Positions 38,615 through 47,748 of a stretch of 64,000 nucleotides of DNA are shown in pieces. Below the pieces are notes generated by a model. The model had not been told where the DNA came from. It worked only from the letters and a program-made list of their open reading frames with translations, and made no database searches. Source of the stretch: an uncultured bacterium (GTDB taxonomy: Bacteria; Lernaellota; Lernaellaia; JACKCT01). Position numbers and translations under genes: made by a program. The stretch covers positions 1,668 to 65,667 of the forward strand of contig CAZPJD010000184.1 of assembly GCA_964586775.1 (NCBI GenBank), written 5' to 3'. Position 1 is the stretch's first letter; the number at the start of each line of letters is the position of its first letter.

Positions 38615-39675
38615 GACGACGCCCGCGTCGCGAAGTACGCTCTTGCGAGTTTCACGTAGATCTTCGCGGCCTTGCGCACCTGCGCGAGCGCGACGTGTTC
38701 GTCGGCCCGATGCGAGATGCGCGTGTCGCCCGCGCCGATCTTGACCGCGGGAATGTCGCCCAAAAACGCCCAGTCGCTCGCTCCCGCGCCCACGCTCGTC
38801 TCGCCGCCCGTCGCACGCAGCGCGAGGTCGAGCAGGCGGTGACCGGCGGGCGTGCGCACCGGCGGCCAATCGGTGCCGATCTGGCTGACGCGGCAGTGTT
38901 CGCACGCGGCCTGGATGCGCCGTTTGATCTCATCGTGCGTGTAGGTGGGCACCGTGCGCACGTCGAGCATCGCGGTCGCTGTCGGCGGCACCACGTTGTC
39001 GGCCACACCCGCCGCGAGGCGCGTCGGCGTGATCCGCACCGCGCCGAGGTCGGGATCGGTCTTCGGAAATTCCAGCTCGCACACGCGCGCCAGATCGCGC
39101 GCGACCAGCAGCGCCGACGAGGGCTCGCGCCCGTGCGCGGCGTGGACCTGCTCGGACATCGCGCGAAGTTCGAGCACCAGCAGGCCGCGCTGCGCGACGC
39201 CGACGTTGCACATCGTCGGTTCGCCGACCACCGCCGCGCCGATCGCGCCGAGGCGCGGAATTGCCGCGATCGCCGAGGGCACATCGCCCTCTTCGTTCGA
39301 CGACAGATACAGCAGCGCGTGTCCGCGGAACTTCGGATCGACGGCGAGCTCGGCAAAGGCCGCGCACATCGCCGCCGCCGATCCCTTGGCGTCGGTCGCG
39401 CCCCGGCCGTACAGCTTACCGCCGCGCACGAGCACTCCGTAGGGATCGACCGTCCACCCCTCGCCGGGCGGCACCGTGTCGAGGTGCGAGAGGAACAGCA
39501 GCGACGGACCATCGCGGCCGATGCGCGCGGTCACGCCGTCCGTGCCGTTCTGCGCGCGAACGCCGAAGCCGCGCAGCCAGCCCGTCGCCACGCGCTGCAC
39601 TTGCCGCGTGTCGCCGGTGACGCTCGGGCGACGCACCAGTTCAGCGAGGAGTTCGGCGGGATCGGGCGCGGCCAT
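38611..39675 (-). CDS. M20-family metallopeptidase (acetylornithine deacetylase ArgE / DapE-like)
   Basis: Motifs LSHLDTVPPG, GRGATDAKG, SNEEGD. ATG 39675. Position inside the arg operon suggests an N-acyl-ornithine deacylase. Confidence 0.8.
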   Translation of the reverse strand: MAAPDPAELLAELVRRPSVTGDTRQVQRVATGWLRGFGVRAQNGTDGVTARIGRDGPSLLFLSHLDTVPPGEGWTVDPYGVLVRGGKLYGRGATDAKGSAAAMCAAFAELAVDPKFRGHALLYLSSNEEGDVPSAIAAIPRLGAIGAAVVGEPTMCNVGVAQRGLLVLELRAMSEQVHAAHGREPSSALLVARDLARVCELEFPKTDPDLGAVRITPTRLAAGVADNVVPPTATAMLDVRTVPTYTHDEIKRRIQAACEHCRVSQIGTDWPPVRTPAGHRLLDLALRATGGETSVGAGASDWAFLGDIPAVKIGAGDTRISHRADEHVALAQVRKAAKIYVKLARAYFATRASS

Positions 39676-39677
39676 CG

Positions 39678-40604
39678 TCACACTTCCTGCTCGTATTGGT
39701 CGCGCTCGGGCCGTCCCACGATCATCGTTCCGCACCCTTCGGGCGTGAACAGCTCAGTGAGCAGGCTATCCTCGGCGAGGCCGTGGATGATGTGCGTACG
39801 CTTCACGCCGCCGGTCGCGGCGCGCACGCACCCGCGCACCTTCGGACCCATGCCGCCGTCGATCGCGCCCTGCTTGGTGAGCGCGTCGATGTCGTCGGGG
39901 GTCGCAAAGGGCACCAGCGTCTTCGGGTCGGCCTTGTCGCGCAGCAGGCCGATCGTGTCGGTCAGATAGACGAGCTTTTTCGCCTCCAGCGCAACGGCGA
40001 TCTCCGACGCCATCGTATCGGCGTTGACGTTGAGCACGTTGCCGTCGGCATCGGCGGCGAGACTCGCCACGACGGGGATGATCTCGGCGTCGCACAACAC
40101 GCGAAGCGCCTTGGGATCGATCTGCTCGGCGCGTACGTCGCCCACGTGGCCGTAGTCGATCACGTCGGTCGAGCCGTCGTCGAGACACACCTCCATCGGC
40201 GCGCGACGCGTGGTGACGACGAGATTTGCATCGAGGCCCGAAAGTCCGACAGCCGAGACGCCGTTGGCCCGCAGGGCGGAAAGCACATTGAGGTTGAGCA
40301 ATCCACCGTACACCATCTTGACGACCTCGAGCGTGGCCTCGTCGGTGATGCGTCGCCCCGCGATCATTTGCGGCTCCATGCCGAGCCGACGCTGAAAGTC
40401 GCTCGCCTGAGGCCCGCCGCCGTGAACCACGATCACGCGGATCGAAAGCTGCTGCAAAAACGCGATCTGGTGCGCGAACGACGAGAGCGCTGCGGCGTCG
40501 CCCAGAATGCGCCCGCCGATCTTCACGACGAAGGTCTCGCCGCGATACTTGCGGATATAGGGCATGGCGGTTTTCAGCGACTCGATGAGCGTGTGCTCGA
40601 CCAT
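39678..40604 (-). CDS. argB: Acetylglutamate kinase
   Basis: FVVKIGGRILGD, VVHGGGPQ, NVNADT. Confidence 0.95.
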   Translation of the reverse strand: MVEHTLIESLKTAMPYIRKYRGETFVVKIGGRILGDAAALSSFAHQIAFLQQLSIRVIVVHGGGPQASDFQRRLGMEPQMIAGRRITDEATLEVVKMVYGGLLNLNVLSALRANGVSAVGLSGLDANLVVTTRRAPMEVCLDDGSTDVIDYGHVGDVRAEQIDPKALRVLCDAEIIPVVASLAADADGNVLNVNADTMASEIAVALEAKKLVYLTDTIGLLRDKADPKTLVPFATPDDIDALTKQGAIDGGMGPKVRGCVRAATGGVKRTHIIHGLAEDSLLTELFTPEGCGTMIVGRPERDQYEQEV

Positions 40605-40625
40605 TTTCGTTGGATCTCCTTGTCG

Positions 40626-41654
40626 TCAGTACGGAAACACGCCTGGCGCCGAGAGCCCGGTGGACTCCGGCAGGCCGAGCGCGATATTCATGTTGTGCAG
40701 CGCCTGACCCGCCGCGCCTTTCATCAGGTTGTCGATGACGCACGTGACGAGCGCCTCGTCGCCGCGCTGCTCGATCGAGATATACGCGAAGTTGGTTCCC
40801 GCAACGGCGGCGATGTGCGGCGGCTCGGCGAGTACGCGCACGAAGGGCTCGCCCGCGTAGCGCTCGCGATAGAGCGCGCCGACATCGCGGCCGGCCAGCG
40901 CGGGCGACGCCACATGCACCGCCGCGTGGATGCCGCGAACGAACGGGCCCGAGTGCGCGATCATCCGCACAGCGAGCGCTCGCCCGGCGACTTCGCCGAC
41001 GAGTCGGTTGATTTCGGCCTCGTGCTGGTGCGCCAGCGGTTTGTAAACGAACACGTTCGACGCGCGGAACGGGTGGTGCGTCGTCGGTTTGGGCGTTTGC
41101 CCCGCGCCGCTCGATCCCGTGATGGCGAAGACCGCCGTGCGGTCGGGCAACAACCCCGCTTCGGCGAGGGGCAGGATCGCGAGCTGCGTCGCGGTCGCCA
41201 TGCAGCCGGGATTCGCAATGCGCGTAGCCGATCGCAAAGCATCGCGCCGCGCCTCGGGCAGGCCGTACACAAAGCTCGCGCACAGGTCGAAACACGGATG
41301 CTCGCCGTAATGCGCGCGATAGACCGCCTCGTCCGCGAGGCGAAAATCCGCGCCCAGATCGATCACGAGTCGCGGTGCGCACGCGAGGATCGCGGGCATA
41401 ACGCGCGAGCTTTCGCCGTGGCCCATCGCGAGAAAAACGACATCTGCGTTTTTCGCGGCAACCTCGGGTGCGTCATCGGTGAAGACCCGCTCGCGATCGA
41501 AGGCGAACGCGGGATGTACCTCGCCCCACGGCTTGCCGGGGTGCGTGCGCGAGACGGCGCGGATATCGCCGACCTCGGGGTGCGTGACGAGCAGGCGCAG
41601 GAGCTCGCCGCCGACGTAGCCGGCCGCGCCGATGACGGCGACGCGCGTCGTCAC
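40626..41654 (-). CDS. argC: N-acetyl-gamma-glutamyl-phosphate reductase
   Basis: GTG 41654 (GTGA overlap with the upstream stop). VAVIGAAGYVGGELLRLL, catalytic Cys context IANPGCMATA. Confidence 0.9.
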   Translation of the reverse strand: MTTRVAVIGAAGYVGGELLRLLVTHPEVGDIRAVSRTHPGKPWGEVHPAFAFDRERVFTDDAPEVAAKNADVVFLAMGHGESSRVMPAILACAPRLVIDLGADFRLADEAVYRAHYGEHPCFDLCASFVYGLPEARRDALRSATRIANPGCMATATQLAILPLAEAGLLPDRTAVFAITGSSGAGQTPKPTTHHPFRASNVFVYKPLAHQHEAEINRLVGEVAGRALAVRMIAHSGPFVRGIHAAVHVASPALAGRDVGALYRERYAGEPFVRVLAEPPHIAAVAGTNFAYISIEQRGDEALVTCVIDNLMKGAAGQALHNMNIALGLPESTGLSAPGVFPY

Positions 41655-42715
41655 GCCGCGCCCCGCTTTTCGACGATACGCTGGTACACGACCTCGACGA
41701 GCCCCTCGGCGTCGTGACGCGCGTTGTGCGCGGGGATGCCGAGTTGCGCGGCGATGAAGTCGCGACCCACGCCGCTGTCGGTGACGGGGCCCGCCATCAC
41801 GGTGATCGGCAGGTGAAATCGTTCCTTGAACAGCTGCCACGCGCCCCACGCGGCCACCTGATCGGGCGCGCAAACGACGAACGCGGTCCCGGCCGCGGCC
41901 AGTTCCGGATCGCCGAGGATGTCGGCCACGCCGTATTCGCCGAGGATGCCGTCGCCCAGTTCCGCGACGATCACGTCGGCCCCCTGCGGCGCGAGGTGGT
42001 TGAACAGGCCCTTCGCCACGTCGGTCGCCACGGCGTCGTGCGTGGTCGCCACGCCCGCGTCGTTGAATGTGACCGCCGTGAACGCGCCCGCGTCGATCAT
42101 GCCAAGCGTGTCGCGACGAAGCGACACGCCCGTCAGCTTCGTCGCGGCGACGCGCAGCCCGCGCCGTGCGAGACGGCGGACGATCTCGATCGCGGCCACG
42201 GTCTTGCCCGCGTTCATGCTGGTGCCCGCGACATAGACGACGGGTGGGATCGGCCCGAGGCGCGACGCGCCCGGGATCGCGCCGGAGCGGATGTGCGCGG
42301 GTTCGCCGACGCGGTCGCCCGCATGGGGGATGTTCTGCACCGCGCCGATGACTTCGACATCAAAGGGCGGGCCGAGCTCGGGCACCGACGCGGTGCACCG
42401 CCCGATGATGCCGCCCATGTTGAGCAGTTGCAGGGTGTCGCCCGCGCGGATCTCGGCCGGCACGTCGCCCGCATAACCTTTCAGCGCGCGGCGTCGGCCA
42501 AGAACCCCCGCGACCACGTCGCCCAAACGCACGTCGATGAGGCGCCCGGACACGTCCTCGATCTGGTTGTAAGTGACCTTGTCGGTCAGCACGCGCACCG
42601 CGAGCACGTAGCCCTCTTCGGCCACGATCCGCGGGCCGACGAGCACCTCGCGCGCGAGTTTCGCGTTGCGCGTCGAACTCGCGATGCGGTCGAGTTTCAG
42701 GCGGATGATGGTCAT
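41651..42715 (-). CDS. Uncharacterised P-loop protein (SIMIBI/BioD- or DUF1611-like C-terminal half), first gene of the arg operon
   Basis: Walker-A-like VAGTSMNAGKT, later AELGDGILG. The N-terminal ~150 aa are beta-rich and unassigned. SD GGGAGGGGA. GTGA-coupled to argC. Confidence 0.6.
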   Translation of the reverse strand: MTIIRLKLDRIASSTRNAKLAREVLVGPRIVAEEGYVLAVRVLTDKVTYNQIEDVSGRLIDVRLGDVVAGVLGRRRALKGYAGDVPAEIRAGDTLQLLNMGGIIGRCTASVPELGPPFDVEVIGAVQNIPHAGDRVGEPAHIRSGAIPGASRLGPIPPVVYVAGTSMNAGKTVAAIEIVRRLARRGLRVAATKLTGVSLRRDTLGMIDAGAFTAVTFNDAGVATTHDAVATDVAKGLFNHLAPQGADVIVAELGDGILGEYGVADILGDPELAAAGTAFVVCAPDQVAAWGAWQLFKERFHLPITVMAGPVTDSGVGRDFIAAQLGIPAHNARHDAEGLVEVVYQRIVEKRGAA

Positions 42716-42754
42716 GTGCCCGCGTCCCCTCCCAAACCGTCTCGAAAACCGGAC

Positions 42755-42772
42755 CGTGAATAAATATGCAAT
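42755..42772. promoter_or_regulatory. ARG box (ArgR operator) upstream of the arg operon
   Basis: cgTGAATAAATATGCAat versus consensus wnTGAATwwwwATTCAnw (one mismatch in the 14-bp core). Lies 42-57 nt upstream of ATG 42715 in a locally AT-rich stretch. Confidence 0.6.
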
Positions 42773-43039
42773 CTATGCACAGTCAAGGATCGCGGATCAT
42801 AAGGACATATTTCGTGACGTCAAGAGGCGTTTCGAGCGGGGTCGATCCCTCGCCGGAACGTCGGCGTCCGGTCGTTTCCGTCCGGCACGCCGCGCGATCG
42901 AATCTTGCGCCGACGTGTGATCGTTCTCACGTGTCACACACCGGCCAACCTTGACTTTTCGCGCCCCGGTGTGAACCATCGAGGCACACAAACAGCGTAC
43001 CCCCACGGCGCCGAATTTTCTGCCGGCACGAGGTGATCC

Positions 43040-44134
43040 ATGCCGCTCAAAGAGATCGAGCGCTTCGCCATCTCTTATTTGCAGGTGCTCGACGAGCACG
43101 GAAAACTCGACACGAAGCTCGACCCGAAGATCCCGAAGGACACCCTCGTCCGACTGTATCACGCGATGGTGATGTCGCGCGAAACCGATCAGCGGATGCT
43201 CAAGCTCCAGCGGCAGGGGCGCATCGGCACCTTCCCACCCTCGACAGGTCAGGAAGCCCCGACCAGCGCGGCGGCGGCGGCGATGGGACCGAAAGATTGG
43301 TTCGTGGGTTGCTTCCGAGATCTGGGTGCCAGATGGCTGTTTGGCGAGTCGATCGCGCGTTTCCTGCTCTATCACGCGGGCTGGGAGGAGGGGAACATCA
43401 CGCCGGGTGTGGAGCGCTGCCTGCCGATGTCCGTGCCGATCGCCTCGCAGATCCCGCACGCCGTCGGCGTCGCATACGCACTGCAATATCGCGGCGAAAA
43501 GGCCGCGGTCGTGACGCACTTCGGCGACGGTGCGACATCGGAAGGTGACTTTCACGAGGCGCTGAACTTCGCGGCGGTCTGGAAGTCGCCCGTCGTCTTC
43601 ATCTGCCAGAACAACCAGTGGGCGATCTCGATTCCCCGCTCGGCGCAGACCGCGTCGGCCACTATCGCGCAAAAGGCCATCGCCTATCAGATGCCCGGCA
43701 TTCAGGTGGACGGCAACGACGCGCTCGCCCTGTTCCGCGCCGTGCGCGAGGCTCTGGAGCGCGCATACGCCGGCGAGGGCCCCACGCTGATCGAAGCCGT
43801 CACCTACCGCCTCATGATGCACACCACCGCCGACGACCCGAAGAAATATCGGTCCGAGGAAGAGGTCGCGCGCTGGTGGAAGCGCGATCCCATCCCGCGT
43901 CTACGCAAATACATGGAGTCGCGCAAGGTGTGGAGTGAGAAGCAGGAGGACGCGCTGCTTGCCTCGGTGCGGGCCGACATCGATGCGGCCGTGAAGGAGT
44001 TCGAGGCCATGTCGGGCTTCAAGCCCGATCTGCCCTTCGACCATGTCTTCGGCGCACCGCACGCCGCGATCGAAAAACAGCGGGCCGAGTTCCTCTCCAT
44101 CCTCCCGATGCAGGAGGACCAAGCCCATGGCTAA
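43040..44134 (+). CDS. 2-oxoacid dehydrogenase E1 component alpha subunit (PDH/BCKDH/acetoin type, ThDP-dependent)
   Basis: ThDP motif (GDGATSEGDFHEALNFAAVWKSPVVFICQNNQWAIS). SD GAGGTGA before ATG 43040. Confidence 0.9.
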   Translation: MPLKEIERFAISYLQVLDEHGKLDTKLDPKIPKDTLVRLYHAMVMSRETDQRMLKLQRQGRIGTFPPSTGQEAPTSAAAAAMGPKDWFVGCFRDLGARWLFGESIARFLLYHAGWEEGNITPGVERCLPMSVPIASQIPHAVGVAYALQYRGEKAAVVTHFGDGATSEGDFHEALNFAAVWKSPVVFICQNNQWAISIPRSAQTASATIAQKAIAYQMPGIQVDGNDALALFRAVREALERAYAGEGPTLIEAVTYRLMMHTTADDPKKYRSEEEVARWWKRDPIPRLRKYMESRKVWSEKQEDALLASVRADIDAAVKEFEAMSGFKPDLPFDHVFGAPHAAIEKQRAEFLSILPMQEDQAHG

Positions 44135-45107
44135 GCTGACGATGGTGCAGGGCATCAACCTTGCGCTGCATCAGGAGATGGAACGCGACGCGGACGTGCT
44201 GGTCATGGGCGAGGATGTCGGCATGGACGAGGGCGTATTCCGCGTGACGGCGGGGCTGCTCGCGAAATACGGCACGAAGCGCGTCATCGACACGCCGCTG
44301 GCCGAGGGCGCGATCATCGGTACGGCGATTGGCATGGCGCTGGCGGGGCTGCGTCCCGTGTGCGAGATGCAGTTCTCGGGATTCTCGTACCTCATGGTCG
44401 CGCAGCTCGAAGGCCACGCCTCGCGCTACCGCCAACGGACGATGGGCCGCTGGACGTGCCCGCTCGTCGTGCGCATGCCTTACGGCGCGGGGGTGCGCGC
44501 GCTGGAACACCACTCCGAGAGCCGCGAACACCTCTACTCCACGATTCCGGGGGTGAAGGTGATCCTGCCGTCGGGGCCGCGCAACGCGCGCGCGCTGCTC
44601 GCCGCAGCGATCCGCGACCCCGACCCCGTCGTCTTCATGGAGCCCAAGCGCTCGTACCGCGCGTTTCGCGAAGAGGTGCCCGACGAGCCCGAGACGATGG
44701 AGATCGGCAAGGCGCAGCTCGTGGAAGAAGGCGACGACGTCACGGTGGTGACCTGGGGCGCGATGATGCGCCCGACGCTGGAAGGCATCGAGTTTCTTCG
44801 CAAGTCGCGCGGTCTGAAGGTCGATCTGATCGATCTGCTGACGATGAGCCCGATGGACAGCGACACCATCGTCGCGTCGGTGAAAAAGACGGGGCGCTGC
44901 GTGGTGGTGCAGGAAGCGCCGAAGTCGGTGAGCATCTCGTCCGAGGTCGTCGCGCGCATCAACGACGAAGCCCTGATGTATCTCGAAGCGCCGGTGAAGC
45001 GCGTGACGACGTGGGACACGTGCACGCCGTATTTCGGGCGCGAGATGAACTATCTGCCGAGCCCGCGGCGTATCGCGGCGGCGATCGAAGACACGCTGGC
45101 ATTCTGA
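44127..45107 (+). CDS. 2-oxoacid dehydrogenase E1 component beta subunit
   Basis: ATG 44127 after CAGGAGGA, overlaps the E1alpha stop. MVQGINLALHQEM, DTPLAEGAIIGTAIGMA. Confidence 0.9.
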   Translation: MAKLTMVQGINLALHQEMERDADVLVMGEDVGMDEGVFRVTAGLLAKYGTKRVIDTPLAEGAIIGTAIGMALAGLRPVCEMQFSGFSYLMVAQLEGHASRYRQRTMGRWTCPLVVRMPYGAGVRALEHHSESREHLYSTIPGVKVILPSGPRNARALLAAAIRDPDPVVFMEPKRSYRAFREEVPDEPETMEIGKAQLVEEGDDVTVVTWGAMMRPTLEGIEFLRKSRGLKVDLIDLLTMSPMDSDTIVASVKKTGRCVVVQEAPKSVSISSEVVARINDEALMYLEAPVKRVTTWDTCTPYFGREMNYLPSPRRIAAAIEDTLAF

Positions 45108-45118
45108 CGGAGACGAAC

Positions 45119-46438
45119 GTGTTCGAGTTCAAACTGCCGGATCTGGGCGAGGGCGTGCACGAGGGCGAAGTGCTTCAGTGGTTCGTGAAGCCCGGCGACA
45201 CGATTGCCGAGGATGCCCCGCTCATCGAGGTCGAGACCGACAAGGCGGCGGTGACGATCCCGTCGCCGCGCGGCGGACGCGTCGTGTCCATCCACGGCGA
45301 AGTCGGACAGGTCATTCACACGGGCGACGTGATCTGCGTGATCGACACCGCCGGCGCGAAACCGTCCGCGAAAAAGTCCTCTGAGCCCGCGAAAGCCGCC
45401 GAGCCCACGAAACCGGTGGAAGCACCAACAGTCGCCGCCGCCGCGCCGGCTGCGGCCAAATCCGCCGCCATGCCCGCTTCCGAGCCCGGTCGCCCCGTGC
45501 CCGCCGCCCCCGCCACGCGCAAGCTCGCCCGCGAGCTGGGCGTCGATCTGCGTCTCGTGCCGTCTAGCGGCCCGGGGGGACGTGTGACGCCCGAAGACGT
45601 GCGCGCCTTTGCCTCGGGCGCTCCCGCCGCGCGACCCGTCGCCGCGAGCGACGAGCCCGTGCCCGCGTTCGTCGAGGGCGCGGCGGCGGTGCCCTTTGTC
45701 GTCGTCGAACCGCTGCCCGATTTTTCGGTTTTTGGACCCGTCGAGAAAGAACAACTGCGTTCCGTCAGGCGCAAGATCGCCGTGCGCATGGCGACCTCGA
45801 TGACCATCGTCCCCCACGTGGCGCACATCGACGACGCCGACGTAACCGACCTCGAAGCAGCACGCCTGCGTCTGCGCGAGGCGGCGAAAGACAAACCCGA
45901 GGGACGCATCACCCTGCTGTCGTTCGTGGCGAAGGCGGTGGTGTCGGCCCTGCGCGCGTTCCCCGGCTTCAACGCGAGCCTCGACCCCGTGCGTCAGGAG
46001 ATCGTCTACAAGCGCTACTACAACCTCGGCATCGCGTGCGATTCGCCCAAGGGCCTCGTGGTGCCGGTCGTGCGCGGCGCGGACGGCCTGAGCATCGCCC
46101 AAATCGCCGCGCAGATCGCCGATGTCGCCGCGCGCGCCCGAGCTGAAAAGCTGGCGGCGCAGGATTTTCAGGGCGGCACGTTCACGATCACCAACATCGG
46201 CCCCATCGGCGGCCGGCTCGCCACCCCCGTCATCAACTACCCTGAGGTCGCGATCCTCGCGATGTTCCGCGTCGAGGAGCGGCCCGTGGTGCGCGATGGC
46301 CAGATCGTGATCCGCAAGATGCTGCCGCTCGTGCTCGGCTTCGACCACCGCGTGGTGGACGGCGCCGACGCCGCGCGCTTCGTCAACCACGTTATTGCGC
46401 GCGTGCAGGACCCGATCCGCCTGCTCGTCGAGGCGTGA
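45119..46438 (+). CDS. Dihydrolipoamide acyltransferase E2 component
   Basis: GTG 45119 after GGAG. Lipoyl motif VETDKAAVTIPSP, E3-binding segment PATRKLARELGVDL, catalytic DHRVVDGA. Confidence 0.9.
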   Translation: MFEFKLPDLGEGVHEGEVLQWFVKPGDTIAEDAPLIEVETDKAAVTIPSPRGGRVVSIHGEVGQVIHTGDVICVIDTAGAKPSAKKSSEPAKAAEPTKPVEAPTVAAAAPAAAKSAAMPASEPGRPVPAAPATRKLARELGVDLRLVPSSGPGGRVTPEDVRAFASGAPAARPVAASDEPVPAFVEGAAAVPFVVVEPLPDFSVFGPVEKEQLRSVRRKIAVRMATSMTIVPHVAHIDDADVTDLEAARLRLREAAKDKPEGRITLLSFVAKAVVSALRAFPGFNASLDPVRQEIVYKRYYNLGIACDSPKGLVVPVVRGADGLSIAQIAAQIADVAARARAEKLAAQDFQGGTFTITNIGPIGGRLATPVINYPEVAILAMFRVEERPVVRDGQIVIRKMLPLVLGFDHRVVDGADAARFVNHVIARVQDPIRLLVEA

Positions 46439-46517
46439 GCCGAGACGTGGCCGGAGGCGTGAGTCTGTCGGCGCACGAACGACGCTCCATTTTGCGGAAA
46501 CCGAAAAAGCGCGCTGC

Positions 46518-46574
46518 TGTCATATGCCCGCGCGTCGTGTCATACGCCTGCGGGGCATGTCATGCGCCCGCGCG
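46518..46574 (+). promoter_or_regulatory. Three direct TGTCAT(A/G)nGCCnGCG repeats phased at 20 bp
   Basis: Copies start at 46518, 46538 and 46558. An inverted GTCATAT copy lies at 46601-46610. All are upstream of the BatD-like/MoxR genes. Confidence 0.4.
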
Positions 46575-46640
46575 TCCTTGACCGCCGCGGAAGGCGGATG
46601 ATATGACGCGACACCCGTGGAATCCGAACGGAAAAAGCGC

Positions 46641-47723
46641 ATGAAGATCTGCTCGCGCGAAGCCTTCGCCGTGGCGCTCGTCGTCGCGACGATATTCGTC
46701 GTCGCCGCCCCGTCGGCGTTCGCGCAGGCGACGCCCGAGCCCGCTCCCGCCCCGTCCGATTCCCCCACACCCGCGCCCACGGTGTCGCCATCCAAGGCCG
46801 CCACGCAGGACGCCGCCAAGTCCACCGGCGCGGCCGCCCCGGCCCCCGCCGAGCCCGGCGGCGCGCCCCCCGCGCCCGGCCCCAAGCTCGACCCGCTCCC
46901 CGTCGTGGCCAACGGCAAGATCGATCGCCCGTCGTGCTCCGTCGGCCAGCGCGTCACCTACGAAATCGCCCTGTCGTGGATCTCCGCGCCGGGCCGCGTG
47001 GTGCAGGTCGCGCCCTTCGACGCGCCGCTGACCGCCGGGCTCGACGTCATCCAACAGCATCAACGCACCGCCAAGTCCGTCGTGGGCGACGAGATCCACG
47101 CCTCCATCACCACCTTCGTCGATTATCGCTGCGCCACCCCCGGCGACTTCAAGATCGGCCCCGTCAGCGTCGCGTACGACGACGGCAGCGGCCAGAACCT
47201 CTCCACCGTCGCCCCCGCGGTCGATGTGTCGATCCGCCCCACGCTCCTGGGCTTCGTGCGCTCCAGCCCCTACACCAAATACGGATTCTTCGCGGCGGGG
47301 CTTGCCGCGTTTTGGATCGTCGTGACGATCGTGCGCCGCGCGCGCCGACGTCGCCGCGCCGCGCCCGAACCCGCCTTGCCCCAAACCGAGTTCGACGCGT
47401 CGTGGGATTCGCTCGAAGACGAGGCCCGCGAGCCGAGCGTCGAGTTCTACGAGCGGCTCGAAGGGCGCCTGTGGGCCGATCTCTTCGCGCCCGCCGATGT
47501 GCCCACCGGCAGCGCGGCGGTGCGTCTGGCGGAGCTTTCCGGCGCGGGCGCGCCCGCATCCGTACTCGATCTCGCGCGCGAGGCCCTCGCGTACTGCCAG
47601 CGCGGCCGTCAGCCCGAATCCGCCCTCGGCCAGGGCGATGCGATCGAGGCGCTTCGTCTGACGCGAGAGGCCGTGGAAGCCATGCGCGACGCGCGGGGAC
47701 CCGTGAACGAGTCGAAACCATAG
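46641..47723 (+). CDS. BatD/DUF4381-like membrane protein (signal peptide, Pro/Ala-rich linker, beta-sandwich region, one TM helix, cytoplasmic tail)
   Basis: Signal peptide MKICSREAFAVALVVATIFVVAAPSAFA. TM helix YGFFAAGLAAFWIVVTIV followed by RRARRRRR. Sits directly before moxR-DUF58, as in Bat/aerotolerance-type operons. Confidence 0.45.
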   Translation: MKICSREAFAVALVVATIFVVAAPSAFAQATPEPAPAPSDSPTPAPTVSPSKAATQDAAKSTGAAAPAPAEPGGAPPAPGPKLDPLPVVANGKIDRPSCSVGQRVTYEIALSWISAPGRVVQVAPFDAPLTAGLDVIQQHQRTAKSVVGDEIHASITTFVDYRCATPGDFKIGPVSVAYDDGSGQNLSTVAPAVDVSIRPTLLGFVRSSPYTKYGFFAAGLAAFWIVVTIVRRARRRRRAAPEPALPQTEFDASWDSLEDEAREPSVEFYERLEGRLWADLFAPADVPTGSAAVRLAELSGAGAPASVLDLAREALAYCQRGRQPESALGQGDAIEALRLTREAVEAMRDARGPVNESKP

Positions 47724-47748
47724 ACCCAATATCTTTCGAGGATTTGCG

